Origin: Phoronis australis
Lineage: Eukaryota; Animalia; Phoronida
Assembly: GCA_002633005.1 (NCBI GenBank)
Contig: NMRA01000591.1
Span: forward strand, 191,570-255,569
Reading direction: 5' to 3'
Length of the DNA: 64,000 nt
In this document: positions 53,830 through 64,000 of the stretch, in pieces
Layout: every line of letters starts with the position of its first letter
Position numbering within the stretch: position 1 is the stretch's first letter
The notes under the pieces: generated by a model
Told to the model about the DNA's origin: nothing
Databases searched by the model: none
What the model saw: only the letters and a program-made list of their open reading frames with translations
Translations under genes and position numbers: made by a program

Positions 53830-54300
53830 CATGTTTTGCAAGTAAATTTTATTTAATATATAGTATAAAAGACACCAGAGCTTAGCTTTGAAGGACTGAC
53901 CGATATCAACTACGTGTACCCTTATAGCACTTATTATTGCTTTCCAAAACAAAGAATGCTTGCTATAGACCATTTTCCTCGCAAAGTCTGCTGAATCGGA
54001 AGCGATCGACGACCGTGGGGGAAATGTACTGTATCTGACGCAGTGAGGAAGCGTTTTGCTGAACAATACCAAACAAATATACCAGGACCATTCTTAATGT
54101 AGCCACTGCACAAATGTTGACCGATCCCGACGGAGGGTGTAACATTTCTCTCCAGAGGTCCATATAACGTTGTATACTCACGGGATAGTTCACTGTTTCA
54201 TTGTAACACCAACAGGTTTCTCATTTATTGGACTTTAGAGGCCAGGACACAGTAATGGCGAATCCAGTCATTCAGACCAGAACAGTGAAAGTCCTTCCTG
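53830..54300 (-). pseudogene. Possible Ulp1-like (C48) protease remnant of a transposon
   Basis: Frameshifted fragments in the expected order: GLNDWIRHY..L, VNI....MVLVYL..RQIQYISP, W...Q..SSGVF. Confidence 0.35.
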
Positions 54301-55539
54301 TTGTAACAAACGACCAGTCAAGTGCCGTATCCTCACCGATTAAATGCAATTTTCCCAGAGCGTTTCTTCTAGTGTCCCCCATGGTCGTCAATGACACTTG
54401 ATAAGTCAGATCTTTCTCTCAACTGGACAATCCATCTTGTGGCAGTTTTGTGAGATTTTTTGTACATTACATGTTTCCGCGAAATTCCACGTACGTTTTG
54501 GACCACATGTACATATAAGAGACGAGAAATTCTTCAATATTTTTCATCAAAAGGCGATTTTTAGCCACTCGTTGATCTCAAATGTTTTCTCGCTCATATT
54601 GCTCTGCCGCATCGATCTTTCGAACTTGTAACTAAACTTCCTTCCAGCACGCTTACACGAGATTTCACTTTGGCACAATTATAGAGCGATCCCGAGGGTG
54701 ACATTTGATGCAAATGATACGCCAGACGATCCATCAACACATGTCGTATTACGTTACACGTATATCACCTCCGATGCTTCTTTCGTTTCTTATTAGATAT
54801 TTTTTATTCCCGTTTTGCTGCACTGAGGTCTCCAGCTTGCTTTAAGCGGCAAGGTTTCGGGTCGTATATCCAAATTCCATTTCTTGGTTTATTAATCACC
54901 ATGTTGTTCATGCTTTTATTAGGGTGAGCGTAACGAAAACGATGTCATTTGGTCAGATTTTAATCTTAGCAAGCTACCATTTTATTTTTACGCGACTTTC
55001 ATTATTTCATGGAGACAAGAAGCTGCGACCTATTGGCATTACTGAGTAGTAGCATGATACATACTTGTCTCAGGAAGATCACAGAAAATTAGATAAATAA
55101 TGGAGAACTTGAAAATATTAAATACACATACAGCCAGAGGTCGCGTAATAATAACTAAACGTACATGTAATTACTCGCTAACCGTGAGCTGCGTTTATAT
55201 AGTGTCTTGTCTCAAAGGAGGTCTGGGTATAGTTCAGTAACGCTTTGGGCCTGCGCTAGGACCGGGCTAAAAATCTAGATTTTGCCAGATTACGTGAGAT
55301 ATTGTCGTGTTTTTCAAACGAGAACACGTGATTTTGGCTAGATTTTCCTAGTGGCGAGAAAACTACTCTACACTGATTTAGCGAACAAACTCCGTACCCG
55401 TAATACAAATACAAAATGTGTTTTGATGTGAGTCAACTTCAGTTAGTTGGATGGACTACTTTGAGACTTTTCATTATGTGGTATCTGTTCTATTGAATTA
55501 ACTCACATCTCTATAAATGGTTGGCGACAATGTTTTCAG

Positions 55540-55828
55540 CACAGACGGCAAGTTGTCGGTTGGTACAACAATAAACGACATGAAACACCTTGGCGAAACT
55601 TCGGTTGGGGTTGAAATAGAGGACATCAGAGAACTGGATGGTCAACAAACTGTAGTGGACAGCGGGCATCGAGTAACTGCCTTGGATTTCAAATTGACTC
55701 CCTTTGACGTGATGTCCGAGAGTCTTTACAGTATACAGAACATACCAACCAAATATCTTCCAGTCGAAGTCTACATGCCCAAGGTGTCTGACAATTTCAT
55801 GGTGTCCGCTGATTTTTTTGTGTTTATG
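55540..55828 (+). CDS. Exon of a SAARP/CARP4-like domain protein (start may be 55545)
   Basis: Acceptors tgttttcAG (55539) or cacAG (55544); donor ATG|GTAAGC. Peptide GKLSVG...SVGVEIEDIRELDGQQTVVDSGHRV...IQNIPTKYL...ADFFVFM. Confidence 0.7.
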
Positions 55829-58800
55829 GTAAGCCTGAAAGCACTGAATGCGAAATAAGTCGACTTCGAAATCAACTTGCCTTGATGAGGAAGTTCACGC
55901 AAATTTCCATTCATTTATCCCACTGAAAACCAGAAGCAAAAACATATTGTAGATAAACTGCCCACTGAAACCGATTATTGTGCGCCTGCAGCTGTTTTAC
56001 CAAAGAAACAATGGAACTTCCAACTTCATAAACTTCATAAACATCGTTTGATTCAGACCATTTATCGCTTATACGAAATTGGTTTCAGAACCTATCGAAG
56101 AGCTTCAAACTGTTTAGTTCGTTATACATATAGCTTGGGATCCTGTCAGTCACGTGGCGAAATTTTAGGGTCAACAAAATGAGTAATTCCTTACAAACGC
56201 AAAGCTCTCATCTGCGTAAGGACCACGTCGAAGTAAAAGGACGTACGACTTTGCCATTTTAAAAAGCAGGCACACTAAAGGTCATTTCATGTAATTACTA
56301 ACGAATTTAAATCAAATTGAACATTGGGAATCTTGTAAAGACGTGGTGGAGATCACCACGTTAAGCGGAAGACTGGTAGGTGTGATTCGCCGCCCACTTG
56401 TTCTATACACGACAAAACAGTGGCTTGAGCAAAGAAAAAATGAATTACGTTCAGACTGGTAATTGATTACCTACCTAGCCTAATTACTCTGATTGCAGCA
56501 CTGGACGATTTATACCGTTTGTTTTCTCAGTTGTTTGTGCAAGTCCCCGGGGGTATTACCATCAGGACGTAATACTTGCTCGGGACGTGCCACAGAGATG
56601 AAAGAATGTTTCACTGCCCCATTTTCACGAAAGAGTAAAACTTCCGATTGAATACCCTATTAAAAGATTCAATTTAAGGCTAGGAAATTTTTGTAGTAGA
56701 AGTCTAGACTACAAATGGTTCTTGTTTAAGTTCATAGACGGAATCAACCCCCATGAAAAACAGACACAAGCACAGTTTGCATGTCAATTTTTGATCTTAC
56801 GCAGGTACACTGTATCTTAAACGAAAGACCCTTTACGACAACCAAATTATGTTGTTCTGTTGAAACGCCTGTAGTCAATGTCGTTGGTTTTAAATCAATA
56901 ATAATGATAATTTTGTTGACCAAAACTGCGTCCGATCTGACTAAGCTGCATTATTTCGTCTTTTTTGTGAGAATCGCGCTCACAGGCCAAGAAATGAAAC
57001 AAATCGGTCTTTTATGAATCTTTAACGTAGCAATATCAAAGGAATTGAAGAATCATGAAATCCATTCGCAGTATTTAAAGTATCGGGTGAATCAAACTGT
57101 AACTTATCAACGACGCTTTCCTAAGTTCAAACGAATCATTCGTAGTACTGTATGTTCACCTTCAAATATAGCTGGAATCATCAGCGACAAAAGTATGTCA
57201 AATGTATGCTTGGCGTCATCTCTGCCCACGTTCGAAACTCTTTGATCTAAGTATTGTTGCGCCCCCTTGTGACGACATTAACAGCGAATAGGTCAATGGT
57301 GAAATATGCGACACGGTGGCAATGCGTGTAACAATAGAAATGTCATCAAATATATAAGTTCCACTTACGTATATACGTCCTATTTAGACCTAGGACTAGA
57401 ATAGAATAAGTATCCACGTGAAACTGTAAATGCACTCCCTAGTGTCCACGATGACAGAATATGGAGTAAATACACATTCGTATGCAGATGCAATCAATGA
57501 CGTAACAAGCATGTCTGAACATTGAGCCGTGTACTGGGCCCTTAAGACTTCTGATTCTCACTCAGTTAACCTCGTCTGTCAAGGCAATAATTGTACTGCC
57601 GAAAACGGAACCGTGCCAGACAAGAAAAAAGACTCCTGTGTTCTCGAAAAAATGCTAGAAAAATGGAATTACTACTCCCAACTATATTATTCTACACCCT
57701 TTCTAGCTCTCTAAGAAGACGGTAGTTATCGTAATCATTGGCCACAGATTCCCTGTTCTGTATTGAAACAAATTTATCAGATCCCATTCACGATATGCCA
57801 CACATAAAACTGTAGATGCACATTTTTACCATGGCAATCACATCGATGACAACGACACAAAAACACTGGGTTACCAGCCATACTTTTATTTATGCAATTC
57901 GTGAAGACATTGTGTTTCCTCTCGAAATTTGGGTCGTGCATTGGGGAGGGTGCGTTTTCTCACTAGGCTCCACCTACATGTACAAGGAACTACCACACCT
58001 CCACGGTACATGTATGTATACCACCGCTCATAATTGGGAAGTTGACGGCAAAGAATTAAAAAAAAAATATGAGGAACCATCCCACAGCATTACATGTAAA
58101 TACAAGGTTATGCATGAACGCCGTCCCCACAACTACCCTATCGCCATCTAGCGACAAGTTTTATTTCATCATTTCGCCGCTTTAACGGAAAATTATTAAT
58201 AAAATTCTAGTTTGTGAGCGGAACTTAGCGTGGGTTCCGCTGCTTTCAGACAAATGATTGCAAAGGCTGTCAGCCTCATCAAGTGGAAGTATAGCTTCCG
58301 ATTTCTGGCCTGTTTGAATCATTGATCATAAAAGATGTGCGGGACTTGCAGTTCATTTTCACGACCAGACTCCCCACAAAACTCTTCACGAAACGATTCT
58401 TGTTTAATCACATTTCATACTAAAGAGTACCATTGTGACATAACGTCCTAAAACGTTTTATTTTGGAATTTTGGAACTTAACGGCAAAAGATTACCCTTC
58501 TGTTGAACAGCAAACATCTATATAGCATCTATTAATATAATGTACAGTCAGGCAGACCTCATGATATTAAACATTTTGAAAACCTTGTTTGTTCAAAGTT
58601 GCAATCATTTTTGACAACATGGTATCTATTCCTGTGCTGTTTCAGACTTAATAGCTTAAAGATGGTTGCCATGACGAATTTCAACGAAACGGTTTGTTCT
58701 GTGGAGTTAACCTCTACACAAGTAACATTTCTTGGCTGTTAAAACGGTGACTGACCCTTTTCATGCAATCTCTTCGAGTCCACCCTATAAATTGAACGAT

Positions 58801-59024
58801 GTGTGTTTATTCCAGCTACACATCCTCAGCAAAAACAATTATTGTGAACACTGCATTAATCATTAACACAGATTGCAGCTTTATGTACGTTTACGGACCT
58901 ATAAGGACTGTTTAAAACACAACGACATGTCTAAACCAGAATTACATCAACACTATTAAAGACAAGGTCATCATTTGCACTTGATGACTCATCTCTGAAG
59001 CACACTCTTTCACTTTTTCACCAG

Positions 59025-59150
59025 GAAGATGGCACAACTTCAACAGCTGACGAGATAGTTTCAGTGAAGAGTGGTGACGTCAGAATGTCGGCACTCCTGT
59101 CTGGGTGGAACTGGACAACTTCCGGTGAACTATTAGAATTGACATACAAG
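59025..59150 (+). CDS. Exon of SAARP/CARP4-like domain protein
   Basis: Acceptor cactttttcaccAG; donor AAG|GTACAG; phase 0-0; EDGTTSTADEIVSVKSGDVRMSALLSGWNWTTSGELLELTYK. Confidence 0.75.
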
Positions 59151-59334
59151 GTACAGTAAGTGGTTTCAACAAACATTTGTTTGAACGATCAATGCTAACA
59201 CTCTTTGTCGAAATCCAGGTCAGTTATTAAGACATTAAGACGTTCTTTGACGTCACTTTTTCATTGTCATAGTGCCTGAAAGGCAATTCAACCAAAAAAT
59301 TTTCTGTATAAATATATATTATTAAAAGACGAAA

Positions 59335-59436
59335 TCGTTATCCCCCGTAATCTAGAGCCCTAGTGGATATAGGCTCACGCCCCTCTAGCGATAATTGTAT
59401 AAAACTCACTAGGGTTCTAGATGAGGGGGATAACGA
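59335..59436. repeat. Second copy of the palindromic family seen at 52561
   Basis: TCGTTATCCCCCGTAATCTAGAGCCCTAGTG ... CACTAGGGTTCTAGATGAGGGGGATAACGA. Confidence 0.85.
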
Positions 59437-60281
59437 CTGGGAACTGAATTTGAACTCCAGTGTAGTATGTATATTTTTGGGACACACCCTGTATCATTTT
59501 CCTCAGCAACCAGAAACTGGACAACCAACAAGGGATTCTTTAACAGCCACAAAGACCTCACCTTTTCAAAAATTCCATCAAAGAATGACCAAAATAAAAT
59601 GAACTTTTTCCCGAAACTGAACCATAACAGAACAAATCTTGACCTTAGACCCAGCGCAGACGCATGGGCACGAGGTACATGCACGAACTAAGTTGCCCGA
59701 CTTAAGTGAACCATGCGTGGAGCTTAGCTGACCAGCGACTAGCTTTAGTTCATCGAATTTCACGTTTTCACACTGAAAATCTCAGCTACAGGTTCTTGAG
59801 GCAACTCCCAACTACCCGTCAGTGCGCTGGCTCTCTGTGAAACCTTGCTGGTTCACTGTTACTCAAATCATGATGGCTTCATCCTCGGTGTTGCACCTAC
59901 TCCCGTATGGTTAACTTCAGGGCTTTGGTTCGGTTCAAATAAGTTGGCATTCGGAAAATGGAGGAGGGGGGGGGGGGGNGGTGGGGCGATTAGGTGATGG
60001 CAATAAGAATAAGGAGTAGTTTGTGTCTTCCCAATAATTTTTGCCTCCCTACGGCCTCTAATCCTAATCATACCAAGATGTACAAGTAACTTGGTAATGC
60101 ACTTTAAGTAATATATTCACACTCTACGCTTACCAAGGATGATCAGTTAATGTGAAAACAGGATATTTTTAAAATTGATGACACAACAATGACGTACCTC
60201 GACGCAGGCCAACATACACTTCAGGGCGCGTCATGCACTCATTGGGACATCCTCTTGTAGAAATATTTTTCCCGAGACCAG

Positions 60282-60670
60282 GGCCTGGTCTCCAATCTTT
60301 TTACTCGAAATATAACTCGAAATTAGGTTTGGCATTTTCTACTCTACTTTTGGGCGAACTCAAGATAAGTGTCTATTATTCTATGCTCGAGTACACAATA
60401 ACTTACGTAGATAATGTATTGCCCTTAGTTCACAGTTTGTAAAGCGATAAGTTCGAGTTTGAACTCGAAATTTCGAGTTTTTACTCGAGTTTGTAGCACA
60501 AATATAAGGGTCTTCAAGGGCAAACTTGAACTAGAAACTCCTATGCATAAACTATAATGTATTCGAGCACAGTCTGATAACCAATTATCTTAAGTTCGCA
60601 CAAAAGGAGCAGAGCAATTGCCAAAAATAGTTTCGAGTTCGTTTCGAGTACAAAGGTTAGAGACCGAGCC
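60282..60670. mobile_element. PIF/Harbinger-like MITE with long TIRs
   Basis: About 130-bp imperfect inverted arms (opposite-strand ORFs 60233 and 60541 give similar peptides LLL.ELKI..Y...LEY.I.Y); GGC...GCC termini; CAG TSD at 60279-60281 and 60671-60673. Confidence 0.75.
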
Positions 60671-61195
60671 CAGAAAACGGGCGGCTGAATCAAAGGCATT
60701 AACAGATACCATGGACAGGGAGACAAATCGTTTAGCGAAATTCTATAGGACGGCCGCTGGCGGACATACTTGTTTCATGGACCGTAGTGACGCTAGCGGG
60801 TGTGCACCTGACAAAAAAAATACGACGGTTGTCTCGTGGCTGAGAGATAGTACATTATAATTGTATCTTTACATGTAAATATTATTGTTGATTTCATTCA
60901 TGCGCGCACCCAGCCTAAAATATAGGTGGTCTCGAGTTTTTCGTTATGTGGACCTTTTACTGAAAAAAAGTCAGCGAGCACTAAAAAGGGGGGCACTAGG
61001 TTCACGCCTTCGAATTGTGCATCCGTGCCCACTTCTTATGGACTTTGTGCACTTATGTCTCATTTACTCGGATTTTTGTTTCACTGAGGAGAACCTTTAT
61101 GCCCAATTCGCCAAATTGGGGGGTTCGAACGAGCTCCCCAAGCCCCCCTCTCGGTGCGCCCATGTGATTATGTAATATATATGTATGGACAATTA

Positions 61196-62621
61196 CAGTA
61201 CAGCCACTGAATTATTAGACTCTCTCCGGTGTCTCTCCGGTCTAGCCACCCGTGACCGTAACCAGAGACGGACCGGAGAGTGAGTCGTGAATCAACCGTG
61301 ACAGCTGACGCGAGCCTAAGCGTGACTGTACCCGGAGCTTACCGTGAGTTAGGCGTGAGTTTACCTGCATCGCAGATGATAAAGTAATTTATTAAATTAC
61401 ATCAGTAACTAGCAGGGATGTGTGCATTATCATAGACTTTTGCTCAGGTGAGGTTTAATTTTTTGAAATCGTCACGTGCAGTGAAAGACCAAAATTTCAG
61501 TCTCAAATCCTAAGTCACTTCAGAAAACAGACCCGTGGACTTTACTTTTCACTTATATATAATTATTTGTTTTTCATATACACTAATAAAGAATCTTAAC
61601 ACACGTGTACACGGCGGAATTATTCAATTGCCTTCACGATATGATGGAGCATAGCATGTCAATTCTGAGCACATTGATCCCAAGTTCCGGCATCATGAGG
61701 AGAAAACTGATCACGCCCATGCATTTGACGAGTCAAACAGATGACCGCTATTATTATTTTAGTGAAGAAGTACCCCGGGGATACTGTGTACTCAGTCGAA
61801 ACGCATGTACTACGGGGAGGGGGCTACACATAATTGAACTGCACTACGGATTCAGGACTTTTAAGTCAAAACATTTGCTTGCAGTAAGGGATGGGTTAAT
61901 GTATGTCAGAAGGGCGGCCTATTGAAATTTTCTGTACGCCAGTGCGGTGCAAAAATTTACGGAGTGACACGATACATTTACTTCACAAGATGCGTAGGCT
62001 ATTTTTAGGGCGAATTAATTACATCCACCTGTGACAAGTTTCAAGGAGTCCACAGTCATGTAAAGATGACTCTGGGCACAGGGTGGCATTTATTCGTATA
62101 TACTAACCGTGGTTACTGTACATGTTTGTCGTTGATGGGACTGGCTCTTAGTCGTAAATTGAACATGTACATGTACATGTAAGTGTAACACAAGACCAGC
62201 TGAAGGAAACGTTTGTATGAACAACACGTGGAATTACAGAGTTAGTTGGAACCCAAGTATGATAGATGACCGCTTGCAAAGATACTCTATAATATACTAT
62301 AATGTCTTCAACTTGACCGAAACGACAGGCAATCAAGACGTTACATGTAGTTTTACTGATTTGCCCGGTGCCCTACCATGGTTATCACAGCTACCGAAGG
62401 CATGAAGAAAGCGTGAGGTAAACGTGACGGAGGCGCGAAGAAAGCGTAAACGAGGCGTGAGGAAGGCGTTAACTAAACCGGAGGTAAGCGTGAGGACTTC
62501 CCGGAGATTAGGCGTGAGGCGACCGTGACTGATTTCTGTCACGCCTGTGTTCCGGTTGCGCTCCGGTCTGGCCAGGCCTGAGGTAGCCCGGACGAAGTAA
62601 AAAAATTCAGTGGCTCTACTG
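61196..62621. mobile_element. Non-autonomous Tc1/mariner/pogo-type DNA transposon
   Basis: TA|CAGTACAGCCACTGAATT ... AATTCAGTGGCTCTACTG|TA; subterminal repeats of CCGGAG/CTCCGG and CGTGA at both ends. Confidence 0.8.
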
Positions 62622-63749
62622 TACGTCTGATGACGGCGTTGCGTCAAATGATCACATGGATTTACAAGACGAGGCATGATATGATGGCTCCGGTCGGTAA
62701 AAAGGCCACTGTGCTTCTGGGGCCGCATCAGGATGCAGCAACAGCCAAGTGAATTTTCGTGACTTGTGCTTTTTTCGCTCCCCTACTGATAAAGATAAAT
62801 GATGTACACGACTGACTACTTGTACATGTATATATAGGTGTCTTTGACGTCGGCAAGTGTAATCTCGTTAGACCGTTGCGACATCTAGCAGATGTGTGTG
62901 CTCCGACGACATACACCAGTCGTCGACTACTACAGTCGATTTTATTTTGTCAATATCAAAATTGTAAAGTCTCCTTGTTTGAAATATTGAGAATAAAAAA
63001 CCTGAGTGGTAGTCCACAGGGATTTTTCTGAGAGATTTGTCTCCCTCAGCTCTACCGCTTCTGGCTGAGTTTAGGACAGTCTCGTCCCCAACCCTCAAGA
63101 TGGTGGTGATCAATTTAGCCATCAAATAGCTAAGCCAATCAGTGTCGTCTGGAGGCTTGGGGAAAGGTTAATCGGGGAATCATGTCGGGAAAATTGCACC
63201 ACGGACACCTGTCAGATTTATTCAACTTCTGCAGTCAACGCTGCAGCCCAGTAAATCATCGCTGACATTGAAATGTCCAATGCACCCGAGTAAAACGTGA
63301 AAAAATTGGACCAGCAAATAACACGAGAAATTCTGCGGCACGAATATGAGGCCAGAGAACTGCAGCATTGTGGGTCCGAGAAATTCCAGTATCATTTTGT
63401 AACCCGGGATCGTTCTTAGTCCCCAAATTTGACATAGCTCGGTTTGTTTTGGGGAACATTTTCTTCACAAAACAAGATTTTAAAAGCATTTTATCACCTC
63501 ATACCTTAAGTTATACCCACATCGCCGCTATATGATGACCAGTGAGATACGTTGTTGGCAGCAAGGTCAACTTCAAGACATTTTATAGCGACGAAGGGCT
63601 CAATTTGTATTTGATTGTTGTACAGGTATATGCAACGATCGGCAATAACGACTACTATTTAAAATAAGCATTGTAATTCAAGACTAGCAACTGTACTGAG
63701 TAATTTTGAATTTATATGTAATGGACAGTTGTTCCTGCTCTCTCTTCAG

Positions 63750-63899
63750 GTTATCCATCCAAAGGCTGAGAAAATGCTAGTGAAAACATTCTATGAGTTA
63801 CCCAAAGTGACATCAGGCATAGATGACGCTGAAAAATTCCCAAGAAAGTTCCTTCTAGAATTTGATACCGTCCAATGGGTGCTAACTATGTCCAGAAAA
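63750..63899 (+). CDS. Exon of SAARP/CARP4-like domain protein (gene continues beyond the window)
   Basis: Acceptor ctctctcttcAG; donor AAA|GTAAGC; phase 0-0; VIHPKAEKMLVKTFYELPKVTSGIDDAEKFPRKFLLEFDTVQWVLTMSRK. Confidence 0.72.
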
Positions 63900-64000
63900 G
63901 TAAGCGATAATAGAGTAATGTTACGCGCACAAAATTGGCTTTGATCTATTAAAGAAAATTTGGCTTGAATGAGAGTCATATTTGTCACGTGACAATCAAT

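Noticed and set aside
56531-58721. Extra exon candidates (LFVQVPGGITIR at 56531; LNSLKMVAMTNFNETVCSVELTSTQ at 58646)
   Set aside because: Weak donors, and the direct 55828 to 59025 join already gives a continuous SAARP-like motif.
59955-59990. G-run suggesting a G-quadruplex
   Set aside because: Homopolymer next to an N; sequence unreliable.

Overview
AT-rich animal (probably marine invertebrate/lophotrochozoan-like; inferred) genomic DNA with spliceosomal introns. Two intron-containing host genes can be reconstructed on the + strand. (1) A divergent Group-4 (peropsin/retinochrome/RGR-like) opsin has four phase-compatible exons (7169-7345, 18881-18988, 21707-22029, 28024-28368). It keeps the retinal lysine but has an unusual binding pocket (Y113, D181, F186, Glu at about 94) and altered signalling motifs (DRC, NPALY..NKRH). 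Its first exon was not found. (2) A probable secreted protein resembling the non-acidic core of coral SAARP/CARP4 skeletal proteins has exons 55540/55545-55828, 59025-59150 and 63750-63899 and runs off the window. It may be preceded by a signal-peptide/Cys-rich exon at 47233-47376. The rest is mostly decayed, nested transposons: a Gmr1-like Gypsy LTR element with RT deleted and a Penelope element in its 3' LTR, an RTE-X-like LINE interrupted by a Kolobok-like THAP element, a HERO/NeSL-like LINE, several TIR elements/MITEs and tRNA-like units. The palindrome TACATGTA is strongly enriched and behaves like a transposon excision footprint. All family assignments come from motif recognition; no database search was run.
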